Part shown: positions 17,524 through 27,039 of the stretch, in pieces
Numbering within the stretch: position 1 is the stretch's first letter
How the letters are laid out: every line of letters begins with the position of its first letter
Source of the DNA: an uncultured Bifidobacterium sp.
GTDB taxonomy: Bacteria; Verrucomicrobiota; Verrucomicrobiia; Limisphaerales; JADLHS01
Assembly: GCA_964594985.1 (NCBI GenBank)
Contig: CAZQNQ010000006.1
Span: 1,997-65,996 of the forward strand
Direction: 5' to 3'
DNA length: 64,000 nt
Made by a program: the position numbers and the translations under genes
Notes under the pieces: generated by a model
Told to the model about the DNA's origin: nothing
Seen by the model: the letters and a program-made list of their open reading frames with translations, nothing else
The model's database searches: none

Positions 17524-18781
17524 GCTCCCACTCAACGGTTGCGATTACCTCATGCTCGGGTTCGACCATGAGTTGCGGCGTCATGGTTTTGCAGGGAATT
17601 CCTGCCAGATCGAATTGGAACTGGACGCCGCCATCTCGCCTGATGTTCTGCGCCAACGCATCGCCGCGCTGGTGGAGCGCTATCCCATCCTGCGCGCGCG
17701 CCCGTGTGGCTGGTGGATGCCGAAATGGAAACTGCCCTCGGCCCGCGCGCCGCAGCCGCAGGTCCGGGTTCACCAAGCTGCTCCCGGACTGCGCGAAAAA
17801 CTTTGCGACGAGCCGCTCGATCTGAAGCGCGGCAAACTTTTCCGTCTCGATCTCATCGAACACGACGGCGGCATGACCGTCATCTTCACTTGGTCGCACG
17901 CGCTCATGGACGCGAACAGCGCGGAACATTTCGTGGCGTTGCTCGGTCGCGAAGACATTCCGCTGCCCGCCCTTGCGCCCCAGATCACCTCGCGTCTGCC
18001 GCCGACGTTTCGCGAGCGGTTCAAGCTTGCGCACCAGGGCATCCTGCAATTCGACGAGTTCATCAAAAACCAGCCGCGCACCGTCGGGGTGCGGTTTCCC
18101 CGGGCGCCCCGGGTGCAGCGTTTCCGGGTCGAACATTTTTCTGCCGCGGAAACCGCCCAGGTCCGCGCCAATGCCACGAAGCTGTGCGGCGTGCTCGGGG
18201 GCGCGCAATTCCACGCCGCCTGCACGGTGATCGAGCTGCATCAACTGCATCAGCGCGCCGGCAAGCCAAGTGTGAGCTATGTCCTGCCCATGCCCGTCAG
18301 CCTGCGCGGCAAAGGCAGCGTCGAACCGCTGTTCTGCAATCAGGTCGCGATGATGATGATGCAGTTGTTCCCCGCGCAATTGGACACGACCGTGAACGCC
18401 GTGGCCGCGCTCAAGCCGCAGATCGCCCAGGGGATGCGCAACGGCCGGATCGAAACGGGCGTGGCCATCGCGGAAGTTTTCCGTTTTCTGCCGCTCACGC
18501 CGTACATGTTCATGCTCAAGTACGGCCTGCGCGGAGAAATCTGTTCCTTCTTTTACGGCGACGTCGCCGCCGTCACGCCGCTGCTCACAACTTTTTGCGG
18601 CGCAACCATCCGCCAGTTCACGCACATCGGGGCCACCACGCCGTCGCCGGGCATCGGCGCGGTGTTCTATTCGTTTCGCGGCGAATTGCGCGTCACGATC
18701 TTTCACCTGGAAACCCATTTCACCGCTGCGGAAGCCGAATTGTTTGCGAGGGGGCTGCGCGCACGGCTGCTCAACCCGTGA
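17513..18781 (+). CDS. Condensation/acyltransferase-like protein (HxxxD motif)
   Basis: Subset of ORF 17339..18781, starting at MPGKLPLNGCDYLMLGF and overlapping the ACP stop by 11 nt. FTWSHALMDANSAEHF resembles the HHxxxDG catalytic motif of condensation/WS-DGAT-type acyltransferases. The family assignment is tentative. Confidence 0.45.
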   Translation: MPGKLPLNGCDYLMLGFDHELRRHGFAGNSCQIELELDAAISPDVLRQRIAALVERYPILRARPCGWWMPKWKLPSARAPQPQVRVHQAAPGLREKLCDEPLDLKRGKLFRLDLIEHDGGMTVIFTWSHALMDANSAEHFVALLGREDIPLPALAPQITSRLPPTFRERFKLAHQGILQFDEFIKNQPRTVGVRFPRAPRVQRFRVEHFSAAETAQVRANATKLCGVLGGAQFHAACTVIELHQLHQRAGKPSVSYVLPMPVSLRGKGSVEPLFCNQVAMMMMQLFPAQLDTTVNAVAALKPQIAQGMRNGRIETGVAIAEVFRFLPLTPYMFMLKYGLRGEICSFFYGDVAAVTPLLTTFCGATIRQFTHIGATTPSPGIGAVFYSFRGELRVTIFHLETHFTAAEAELFARGLRARLLNP

Positions 18782-19923
18782 ACCCGCGCGCGGACATCGC
18801 AGTCGTCGGTGCCGGTGCGGCGGGAATCGCCGCCGCTGTTTGCGCGGCGCGGGCCGGGGCGAACACGATGCTGTTCGACGCGCGTTCCGCGCCCGGCGGC
18901 ACCGGTGGGTTCAGCGGATTGACCACGCTTTGCGGCCTCTACGATGGCGCGGGGATTTTTCTCAATGACGGTTTTGTGCGCGAGTTTGCCGAAGCCGTGA
19001 TGGAGCGCCGAGCACCGGCTCGGCCAGTTGTTGAAGATTTGAATCGAGCCGAGGCGGCGCTCGGCGCTCCGCTTCGCATGGGGCGTGTTTGGGTGCTGCC
19101 GTATCGCCCGGAGAAGTTTCGCGAAGTGGCGGCGGAGTTTGTTTCCCCCATGCTTAACTTGCGGGTGCAGTGGAACACGCCGCTGGCTGGGGTGGTTTTT
19201 GAATCAGCTCGCATCACGCACCTCAACGGTTTTGAAGTCGGTGCCGTGATTGATTGTACTGGCATGGCGGAAGTGGCGCAGGCGGTCGGCGTGGAAACCC
19301 TGGCCACGGACGAAACCACGCAAGCTCCCGCGGTCATCTTTCCCCTGCGAAACGTAGCGCGCTCATTGGAGACCGCAGCGGACATGACGCAAGTGCTGTT
19401 GCCGCTGGCTCGTGCGGGTTTTCCGCCACTGAATCTACAGGCAAGCCTGACGCCGGGGGAGTACACGGCAAAGTTCGCTGGAACGCCGGAGCAGGTGCCG
19501 CAACTCATCGCTTTCCTGCGGGCCAGCGTTCGTGGCTTCGAGCAATGTGAAACGTCACAGCAAGAATTTCCTGTGGCCCGTCGCGCCGGGCGGATGATTG
19601 TCGGCCAGTATGTCCTGACCGGCGCGGATGTGTTGGCGGGAAGAAAATTTTCAGATGCCGTCGCGCGTGGCGGGTGGCCCATCGAACAGTGGGATGCCAA
19701 AGGCGCGGTGCGATTCAAATACCTTCCGGCGGGAGCAAGCTATGACATTCCGGCGCGGGCGCTGCGGGCGGCGCGGGTGGATAATCTGTTCATGGCCGGC
19801 AAAAGCATCAGCGCGGATGTGGACGCCATCGCCAGCGCGCGGGTGATGGGCTGCTGCCTGGCTACCGGTGCGGCGGCTGGAGTTCTGGCGGCGAACTTTG
19901 TAGCCTCGACGAAAATCAGGTGA
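18778..19923 (+). CDS. FAD-dependent oxidoreductase
   Basis: Subset of ORF 17704..19923. GTG start overlapping the upstream stop (GTGA). Dinucleotide fold IAVVGAGAAGIAAAVCAARAG and C-terminal MAGKSISAD...ASARVMGCCLATGAAAG. Carries a 69-bp palindromic element in frame (19002-19070). Confidence 0.7.
   Translation: MNPRADIAVVGAGAAGIAAAVCAARAGANTMLFDARSAPGGTGGFSGLTTLCGLYDGAGIFLNDGFVREFAEAVMERRAPARPVVEDLNRAEAALGAPLRMGRVWVLPYRPEKFREVAAEFVSPMLNLRVQWNTPLAGVVFESARITHLNGFEVGAVIDCTGMAEVAQAVGVETLATDETTQAPAVIFPLRNVARSLETAADMTQVLLPLARAGFPPLNLQASLTPGEYTAKFAGTPEQVPQLIAFLRASVRGFEQCETSQQEFPVARRAGRMIVGQYVLTGADVLAGRKFSDAVARGGWPIEQWDAKGAVRFKYLPAGASYDIPARALRAARVDNLFMAGKSISADVDAIASARVMGCCLATGAAAGVLAANFVASTKIR
19002..19070. 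repeat. Palindromic element (GGAGCGCCGAGC family) inside the FAD-oxidoreductase ORF
   Basis: ggagcgccgagc...gctcggcgctcc, 69 bp = 23 codons. Translated as ERRAPARPVVEDLNRAEAALGAP. Confidence 0.8.
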
Positions 19924-21164
19924 CCAAAACCTTCGACCAACTCTGGGCTGGGACGTTTCGCCACGCGGCGGAACATTCGCCGTATTACCGGGAACTGTTT
20001 CGCGGTCGGGCGGAAGTGCCGGCGCTGGAAGCTGTGCCGCTGCTCGCCAAGCAGACGTTGTCCGAGCGGAATCTGGATTTTCTCTGCGTGCCGCGCGAGC
20101 GCGTGGTCGAGATTGTCACCACCAGCGGCACAACGGGGCATCCGCTGCTCTGGATGTTGACCGAGGCCGATGTGAAACGGCTTGCGGTGAACGAGCAACT
20201 CTCCTTCGGCTGCGCCGGACTGACGGCGCGAGACACGGTGCTCGTCGCGGTGGCGATGGACCGGTGCTTCATGGCGGGGCAGGCCTATTGGTTGGGGCTG
20301 CGCGAAATCGGCTGCGGCATTGTGCGCACGGGTGCTGCGTCCCCGTTGTTGGTGCTGGAGATGATTCAGCGCGTGCAGCCGACGGCGATTGTCGGCGTGC
20401 CGTCGTTCTTGCGTCTTGTGGCGGACAAGGCGCGGGAGGTTGGCGTTGATCTCAAGCAATCCGCAATCAAGAAGCTTATCTGCATCGGCGAGCCGATTCG
20501 CGACGCAACGTTTCAATTGAATCACTCCGGCGCGGCGCTCGAAGCAATGTGGGGCGCGAAGGTTTATTCCACCTACGGCGTGACGGAACTCGCCAATTCA
20601 CTCTGCGAATGCGAAGCCGGGCAGGGCGGGCATTTGCACGAGAATCAACTACACATCGAAATCCTCGACGATGCGGGTCAGCCCGTAGCGGACGGTGAAG
20701 TCGGCGAAGTGGTCGCGACAACATTCGGTGTCGAGGCGATGCCGGTGATCCGCTATCGCACGGGCGATTGTGCGGCATTGTTTCGTGGAAAATGTGCGTG
20801 TGGCCGGACGTCGCCTCGGCTTGGGCCGATCATCGGGCGCAAGAATCAGAAGCTGAAATTCAAGGGCACATCGCTTTATCCGGCGACGCTGGCGGCGGTG
20901 TTGGAACAGAGCTCGGGCGTGGAATCATTTGTCATCATCGCGCGGAAGGAAAGTGAGCTGTCGGACGCGGTCGAGGTGCTCGTGCATGGTTCGGCGCTGG
21001 TGGCAGAATTGCGCGAAGTGTTTCAAGCGCGGGCCAGGATCACGCCGCAGATCCGGCATGCGACGCGCGAGGAGATCGAATCGTTGCAGTCGCCGCCGCA
21101 GGCGCGGAAGCGCCGGACGTTTGTGGATTTGCGAAACGAAAGTTTGCGTGGAGGTGCAGCGTGA
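19920..21164 (+). CDS. Phenylacetate-CoA ligase-like (PaaK/F390 synthetase family) adenylating enzyme
   Basis: VTTSGTTGHPL P-loop, YGVTE, and RYRTGD motifs arranged as in PaaK-family ligases. GTG start overlapping the upstream stop by 4 nt. Confidence 0.7.
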   Translation: MTKTFDQLWAGTFRHAAEHSPYYRELFRGRAEVPALEAVPLLAKQTLSERNLDFLCVPRERVVEIVTTSGTTGHPLLWMLTEADVKRLAVNEQLSFGCAGLTARDTVLVAVAMDRCFMAGQAYWLGLREIGCGIVRTGAASPLLVLEMIQRVQPTAIVGVPSFLRLVADKAREVGVDLKQSAIKKLICIGEPIRDATFQLNHSGAALEAMWGAKVYSTYGVTELANSLCECEAGQGGHLHENQLHIEILDDAGQPVADGEVGEVVATTFGVEAMPVIRYRTGDCAALFRGKCACGRTSPRLGPIIGRKNQKLKFKGTSLYPATLAAVLEQSSGVESFVIIARKESELSDAVEVLVHGSALVAELREVFQARARITPQIRHATREEIESLQSPPQARKRRTFVDLRNESLRGGAA

Positions 21165-21219
21165 TGGGAAATCCGGATTACGATTCGATAACGGTTGCCA
21201 GAAACCATCTCCGGGAGAA

Positions 21220-21303
21220 CCCACCCCCAGCCCCTCCCGGGAGGGGAACTCTTTTACGAGCGCTTTCTCAAATGCTCACCTCCCGGGAGGGGCTGGGGGT
21301 GGG
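21220..21303. repeat. 84-bp perfect-armed palindrome (CCCACCCCCAGCCCCTCCCGGGAGG)
   Basis: 25-nt arms are perfectly complementary. Lies in the intergenic region between the PaaK-like and GT2 genes. Confidence 0.85.
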
Positions 21304-21374
21304 TGTGTCGCAGATGTCGGAAATTTATTCTGGCAAACGCCCTAGACTGGTTCTCTTAGATCGTTTCCGGACGG

Positions 21375-21436
21375 CCCCTCACCCCGGCCCTCTCCCCATC
21401 CGATGGGGAGAGGGTGGCCGAAGGCCGGGAGAGGGG
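21375..21436. repeat. 63-bp palindromic element (CCCCTCACCCC family), intergenic copy
   Basis: cccctcaccccggccctctccccatccgatggggagagggtggccgaaggccgggagagggg. Confidence 0.85.
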
Positions 21437-21531
21437 TTCGCGGTTTTTCATCCGGAAATCATTTTTGAGAATCACTCTGGCGCTCCGGGCTTTTTCATAA
21501 ACTCGCCGGCAGGATGCCGGCGCTCCCAGGC

Positions 21532-22659
21532 ATGAAACCCTGCGTCCTCATCCCGTGTTACAACCACTCCGCCACCGTGGGCGCAGTGGCGCAGGCGGCA
21601 TTGACGCACGCGCCGGTCATCGTGGTGGACGATGGTTCGACGGAGCCTCTGCCGGAGTTGCCGGGATGTGAAATTGTTCGGTTGAAACAGAACGGCGGCA
21701 AGGCGACGGCATTGCGGGCGGGGTTTCAACGCGCGGTGGAACTTGGTTTCACCCACGCCATCACGATGGATGCGGATGGTCAGCATTTTACCGAGGATCT
21801 CCCGAAGTTTCTCACGGAAGCCCAGCAGAAGCCGGAAGCGTATCTCGTCGGAGTGCGGAATTTCCGGGAAGCCGGCTGTCCGACGCACCGGCGGCGTTCC
21901 AATGCCATCTCAACATTCTGGTATCGCGTCGAGACGGGCGTGCGACTGCGCGACACGCAATGCGGTTTTCGCTGCTATCCGCTCGCATTGGTGCAGCAGT
22001 TGCAGATCCGGTCGGATCGCTACGCGTACGAGTTGGAGTTCATGGTGCGCGCGGCGTGGGTGGGCACGGCCATCGTGGCGATCCCGGTGAAATGCACTTA
22101 CGAACCGGGCAAGACCGGCACGTCGCACTTCCGCACGGTGCGCGACTTCGTGCATATCACGAACCGCAACATCATCCTCGTGTTGCAAACGTGGCTCGTG
22201 CCGTTGTCGCTGCGGGTGGATTGGTCCCGGGGGCGAAAGAACAAGTTCGGGCGCGTTCTCCATGAGTTTTTTACGGAGCACGCCCACGAACCGGGGCGGC
22301 TGGCGGTGGCGGTGGGGCTGGGACTGTTCTTCGGCATTCTGCCCATCTATGGATTCCAGATGGTGGTCGCGGCGGCCGTGGCCCATAAGCTGCGCGTGAA
22401 CAAGGCGATCACCTTGCTCGCGAGCAATATTTCCATTCCCCCCGTTGCCCCATTTATTTTTTGTGCGGCGCTGGTGCTGGGGCACTGGTTGCTGACGGGC
22501 GAGGTTTTGAAACTGTCACCGCAGTTGATCACCCGGGAAACATTGTGGGAATACCTGGGCGATTGGCTGTTTGGGAGCCTGGCCCTGGCCATCGGGGTTT
22601 CCGTCATTGGGATGATAGTGACCTACGGCATCGCGCGCTTGGTGCGGAGGAAGGGCTGA
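21532..22659 (+). CDS. Family 2 glycosyltransferase fused to a C-terminal multi-TM (DUF2062-like) domain
   Basis: CVLIPCYNHSATV, VVDDGSTE and AITMDADGQH (DxD) are GT2 signatures. The C-terminal third is hydrophobic. The start is set at MKPCV because the upstream ATG at 21514 lies inside a small hairpin repeat. Confidence 0.75.
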   Translation: MKPCVLIPCYNHSATVGAVAQAALTHAPVIVVDDGSTEPLPELPGCEIVRLKQNGGKATALRAGFQRAVELGFTHAITMDADGQHFTEDLPKFLTEAQQKPEAYLVGVRNFREAGCPTHRRRSNAISTFWYRVETGVRLRDTQCGFRCYPLALVQQLQIRSDRYAYELEFMVRAAWVGTAIVAIPVKCTYEPGKTGTSHFRTVRDFVHITNRNIILVLQTWLVPLSLRVDWSRGRKNKFGRVLHEFFTEHAHEPGRLAVAVGLGLFFGILPIYGFQMVVAAAVAHKLRVNKAITLLASNISIPPVAPFIFCAALVLGHWLLTGEVLKLSPQLITRETLWEYLGDWLFGSLALAIGVSVIGMIVTYGIARLVRRKG

Positions 22660-22698
22660 CCACAAATGGACGCAAACAAACACGACTTGGTTGGCTGA

Positions 22699-25600
22699 AT
22701 GAAATTGGATCTCTACACCCGGCTTTATTTGTGGCTCGTGGCGCGGCGGCGCAGCGTGCTCGCCGTCACGTTGCTCGTGATGGTGGCGGCGGGCTGGTTC
22801 TCGTCGCGGATTGATCTGCAGGAGGACATCCTCGACATGCTGCCGCGCAATGACCGGCAGATTGATGATTACCGTTACGCGCTCGGCAAGTTCCGGCAGA
22901 TTGACCGCGTCTATCTCGACATCGGCAGCAACACCGACGATCCCGAAACGCTGGGGCGCGCGGCGGATGAGGTGTATTCCCGTTTTGCCACGAATCAAAA
23001 TTTCGGTCGGATCACCTATCACGTCGAGATGGGCGGGCAGGGAAAGGTGATCGAGTTTCTCACCGGCGCATTGCCGAATCTGTTCACCGCCGAGGATGCC
23101 AGGGCGTTGGAAACCAAACTCGCTCCGGACGAAGTGCGGCAATACCTGACCACGATGCGCCGCAAGCTGGCCGGGCCGGAGGGCATGGTGCTCAAGGACG
23201 TGGTCGCCGCCGATCCCGTCGGCCTGAGCGCGCTGGTGGTGGCGAAGGTGTTGCCGTTGCAGACCGGTTTTGGTGACGCGCAAATTGTGGACGGTCGCAT
23301 CACCAGCGGCGACGGGCGGCACGTGCTGATGCTGGCCGAGCCGAAGTTTGCGTCGGCGGACTCGAAGGCGAGCCTGGCGTTGGTGCGGGAGATGGAGCGC
23401 GTGGTCGCCGCCGTGGAACAGGAATTTCCCGGCGTGCATGTGGCGATTACCGGCGGCCATCGCATGGCGGTGGACAATGCCAGCATCATCCGCGGCGACG
23501 CGACGCGGTGCATCGCCATCGGTTCGGCGGGGATGATCGTGCTGTGCTTCGTGGCGTATCGCCGCCGCTGGCTCGCGCTGGTTTCCTTTTTGCCGTCGCT
23601 GTTCGGGACGCTGATGGCCGGCGTGGTGTTGATGCTGTGGCAAAAACAGCTTTCGGCCATCGCCACCGGGTTCGCGTCCATCGCGGTCGGCATCACGGTG
23701 GATTACGCCATCCACATCATCTATCACCTCGATGGCAACGGCAGCACGGATCGCCGGGCCATCGGCAAGCATCTCAGCCGGCTGGTGTTTCCCATCAGCA
23801 TCGGCGTCATCACAACCATCGCGGCGTTTCTCGTGATGATGACCTCGCCGATGCACGGCTATCAACAGCTCGGGTTATTAGGAGCGATCGGCGTGATCTT
23901 TTCGTCGGGGTTTGCCCTGGTGATTTTGCCGCTGCTCATTCCGGTGGCGAAGCAACCCGGCCAGCCGCCGCTGTGGCTGACGGTCGTCTGGGAAAAATAT
24001 TTCCGCTGGGAACTCCGCTGGCGCGGCTGGCTGGTTTTGCTGGTGGTCGCGTTGTCGGTGGTCACGTTCTTCGGATTGAAACGATTGCGGTTTGAGGGCG
24101 ACATCTCGCGCTTGAACGGGATCACCGCCGCGACGCGAGCGGATGATGCGTTGATTCAAAGCACGTGGGGCAACGCGCTCGGCATGACGATGGTGGTGGC
24201 GCGCGGGGAAACCATCGAGGCGGCCCTCGCGCAGAACGACCGCGTGTTTGCGGCGTTAGAGCGCGATCCGAATGTGGCGGGAGCGTTTTCACTGGCAGCG
24301 GTGTGCCCCGCGCCGGAAATGCAGCGGGCCAATCTGAAGCGGTGGCGCGAGTTTTGGACGGCGGAGCGGCAGGCCGGTTTGCGCACGACGCTCGATCAGG
24401 TTGGCGGCGAGCTGGGGTTTCGCGCGGAAGCGTTCGACAAGTTCTGGCAGAGCGTGGTGGGGGAACGACCGTTGCTTACGCTCGATCTGTTCCGCGGCAC
24501 GCCGTTGGAGAATGCGTTGAACGAACGCGTGGCGCTCGGCACAAACGACAACGCCATCAGCACGCTCGTGAAACTCAAGAATCGCGATGAAGCCGCGAAG
24601 CTGCGCGAGACGTTGCCGGAGGCGATCGTGCTCGACAGCAAAGGGCTGGCGGATCACATCGCGGGTCTGGCGCGGGTGGGCTTGACGCGGTTTGCGTTGT
24701 GGACGGGCGTGTTCGTGGCGGTGCTGTTGTTTCTGACGCTGGCGTCGGTCGAACTGGTGGTGCTGACGTTGCTGCCGCTGGCGTTTGGCTTGATGTGGAC
24801 CTTCGGGTTGATGGGCTGGCTCGGGCTGCCGATTGACCTGATGAACAGCATTTTTGTCATCTTCGTCATCGGCGTGGGGGAGGACTACTCGGTGTTTTTG
24901 GTGACCAGCAAGCTGGAGGAATGGCGCGGGCGGCCCGGTTCGACCGCCGTCAACAGCGCGTCGGTGCTGGTCTCCGCGTTGACAACGATCTTCGGTTTCG
25001 GCGTGATGGTGCTGGCGGATCATCCGGTGTTGTTCTCGATGGGCGTGACGGTTTTGATCGGGATGGGGTTTGCGTTTCTGGCGACGCTGATTGTCGTGCC
25101 GATCGGGATGGACCTGCTGCTGTTCAAGCCGCAACCGCGGGGCGCGCCGCGGTGGTGGCATGTGCTGGGAACGGTCTGGATCGCGCTGCATCTGGCCGGC
25201 AGTCAGGTGTTCCTTTATTACATTCTCCGGCCGTTGCTGAAAGTGATTTCGCCCCGGACGGCGGATGACCGGCTGCGGCGCGCGGCGCACTGGCTGGCGC
25301 GCGCGATCGTGCGGAGCATGCCATTTGGAAAGATCGAGTATCAGAATATCAGCGCGGCCACCTTCGCCAAGCCCAGCATCGTCATCAGCAATCACCAGTC
25401 GGCGGTGGACGTGCTGCTCATGGTCACCCTCCCGGGCGACGTGCGGCAGACGGCGAAGAAACGCGTGTTTGATGAAGTGCTGCTCGGCGTCAGTTGCAAG
25501 GTTCTCGGCCACGTGATGGTCGAGCCGAATGATCCGGAGACAACCTTGCAACGCTGTCGCGAAACGCTGGCGCGCGGGGCGTCGGTGCATTTCTATCCCG

Positions 25601-26529
25601 AGGGCACACGGTCGGTGGACGGCTGCCTGCAACGGTTTCATCGCGGGGCGTTCCAACTGGCGGTGGAACTGCAGCAGGACATCCTGCCGGTGGTGCTGTG
25701 CGATACGAACGTGGCGATGCCGCGGGACGCGTACTGGTTCGAGCCGTATCACATCACCATGCGGGCGCTGCCCCGCATCACGCCTGAGAATTTTGATTAC
25801 AACCAGGGCGTGGTGCCGCTGATGAAACATTGCGAAGCCATTGTCGCCGCGGCGGCGCAGGAACAGCTCGATGCCGTCAACACGCCGCGGGTGGTGCGAC
25901 GCAAGGTCGAACGGCTCTATCGCTATCAAGGCATCTACGTCGAGCAATTCGTGAAGTGGAAGATGAAGCTTGATCCGTTCTTCCTGAAACTGGATGCCGT
26001 CGTGCCACGGCAGGGGTTGGTGCTGGATCTCGGCTGCGGTTATGGCCTGGCGACGCATTGGCTGGCGGCGTTCACCGGCGCGCGGACGTTCTGGGGCGTG
26101 GATTATGACGAGGAGAAAATCCGCGTCGCCCAGCGCACCGCCGCGGAGCATACCCGCATCAAATTTACGCAGGGCGACCTGTTGGAATGTGAACTGCCCG
26201 CCGGCGACGCCGTGTTGTTGCTCGATGTGCTGCACTATTGGACGGCGGACAAGCAGCAACTCATTCTGAACAAAGTCCGGCAGGCGTTGCGGCCCGGCGG
26301 ACGATTGATTATACGCGACGGTTCCCGCGCGGAGACCGAGGCCCACCGCAAGGTGCATCGCTGGGAGGAATTCGCCACCCGCATGGGCATGAACCGCACG
26401 AAGGAGGGGCTGCATTTCCAGACGTTGGCCGAGATGGAAGCGATGCTGAAGCGCGCGGGTTTTGCGCGGTGGGAACTTCAGCCCGGGGCAGGCAACGATT
26501 CTAACGTGATGCTGGTGGCGTTTGTTTAG
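22699..26529 (+). CDS. Triple fusion: MMPL/RND-like lipid exporter + PlsC-type acyltransferase + class I SAM methyltransferase
   Basis: 1276 aa. The N-terminal about 800 aa has two blocks of TM helices with large loops (MMPL-like). Then NHQSAVDVLL (HX4D) and FYPEGTRS (PlsC motifs). Then VLDLGCGYGLATHWL (methyltransferase motif I) and LRPGGRLIIRD. Confidence 0.8.
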   Translation: MKLDLYTRLYLWLVARRRSVLAVTLLVMVAAGWFSSRIDLQEDILDMLPRNDRQIDDYRYALGKFRQIDRVYLDIGSNTDDPETLGRAADEVYSRFATNQNFGRITYHVEMGGQGKVIEFLTGALPNLFTAEDARALETKLAPDEVRQYLTTMRRKLAGPEGMVLKDVVAADPVGLSALVVAKVLPLQTGFGDAQIVDGRITSGDGRHVLMLAEPKFASADSKASLALVREMERVVAAVEQEFPGVHVAITGGHRMAVDNASIIRGDATRCIAIGSAGMIVLCFVAYRRRWLALVSFLPSLFGTLMAGVVLMLWQKQLSAIATGFASIAVGITVDYAIHIIYHLDGNGSTDRRAIGKHLSRLVFPISIGVITTIAAFLVMMTSPMHGYQQLGLLGAIGVIFSSGFALVILPLLIPVAKQPGQPPLWLTVVWEKYFRWELRWRGWLVLLVVALSVVTFFGLKRLRFEGDISRLNGITAATRADDALIQSTWGNALGMTMVVARGETIEAALAQNDRVFAALERDPNVAGAFSLAAVCPAPEMQRANLKRWREFWTAERQAGLRTTLDQVGGELGFRAEAFDKFWQSVVGERPLLTLDLFRGTPLENALNERVALGTNDNAISTLVKLKNRDEAAKLRETLPEAIVLDSKGLADHIAGLARVGLTRFALWTGVFVAVLLFLTLASVELVVLTLLPLAFGLMWTFGLMGWLGLPIDLMNSIFVIFVIGVGEDYSVFLVTSKLEEWRGRPGSTAVNSASVLVSALTTIFGFGVMVLADHPVLFSMGVTVLIGMGFAFLATLIVVPIGMDLLLFKPQPRGAPRWWHVLGTVWIALHLAGSQVFLYYILRPLLKVISPRTADDRLRRAAHWLARAIVRSMPFGKIEYQNISAATFAKPSIVISNHQSAVDVLLMVTLPGDVRQTAKKRVFDEVLLGVSCKVLGHVMVEPNDPETTLQRCRETLARGASVHFYPEGTRSVDGCLQRFHRGAFQLAVELQQDILPVVLCDTNVAMPRDAYWFEPYHITMRALPRITPENFDYNQGVVPLMKHCEAIVAAAAQEQLDAVNTPRVVRRKVERLYRYQGIYVEQFVKWKMKLDPFFLKLDAVVPRQGLVLDLGCGYGLATHWLAAFTGARTFWGVDYDEEKIRVAQRTAAEHTRIKFTQGDLLECELPAGDAVLLLDVLHYWTADKQQLILNKVRQALRPGGRLIIRDGSRAETEAHRKVHRWEEFATRMGMNRTKEGLHFQTLAEMEAMLKRAGFARWELQPGAGNDSNVMLVAFV

Positions 26530-26540
26530 CCGCCACAAGC

Positions 26541-26996
26541 TTGGTAATGCATATGAGTGTGACGATATTCGTTAGTGATAAGAATTCAGATGTCCGCGTC
26601 TTGCAGTGGTTTCATGCAATGGGATCTACTGCTGGAGAATCCCCCTGCGGCCCTCTTTTATCCTTTCGCGCTGATGTGTTTCGTCGGATTGGATGGGATG
26701 TTGTTAATCATCATTTTGCTGAGCATCGCACGAAACGATTAACGCATGAGAAGGTGCCTGAAGTTTTCTCCTCACGCGCTGAAAAACGGACGTTGGCGAA
26801 GCAGCGCGCAGTCGAAGTTGTAGAAGAAATTGACGGGAGAATACGTTTCATGCCTATTGAAATTGAAAAGCTGAGTTTAATGGGTCTTAAACGCCTGCCG
26901 GAGCACTTGGACCAGATCGTTCCAGCTGGAGCGTCTGAAGGTGATTTTTGGGCTGCCTTTGAAAAGGCTTTGGCAAAGTCGATTTCACTAAAGTGA
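26541..26996 (+). CDS. Hypothetical protein (151 aa) in a lower-GC spacer
   Basis: ORF with protein-like composition in an about 47% GC segment, located between the two convergent arms of the lipid cluster. No domain recognised. Confidence 0.35.
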   Translation: MVMHMSVTIFVSDKNSDVRVLQWFHAMGSTAGESPCGPLLSFRADVFRRIGWDVVNHHFAEHRTKRLTHEKVPEVFSSRAEKRTLAKQRAVEVVEEIDGRIRFMPIEIEKLSLMGLKRLPEHLDQIVPAGASEGDFWAAFEKALAKSISLK

Positions 26997-27039
26997 ACTA
27001 GCTGAACTCGACGAGCCAAGCATAGCAATGCGGCTGTGA

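Noticed and set aside
17704-18777. N-terminal 358 codons of the 739-aa ORF 17704..19923
   Set aside because: This stretch is an alternative frame over the condensation-like gene and gives an Arg/Ala/Pro-rich nonsense translation. The real FAD-binding fold begins at the GTG at 18778, overlapping the upstream stop.
21161-21535. 124-aa ORF between the PaaK-like and GT2 genes
   Set aside because: It is composed almost entirely of two palindromic repeat elements (21220-21303 and 21375-21436). Its peptide (PPPAPPGRG..., PHPGPLPIRWGEGG...) is the read-through of repeats, not a gene.
22516-26538. Long minus-strand ORFs (449 aa at 22516..23865 and 749 aa at 24289..26538)
   Set aside because: Both are antisense to the MMPL-PlsC-methyltransferase ORF, which carries clear motifs. 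Both have extreme Arg/His/Gln shadow composition.
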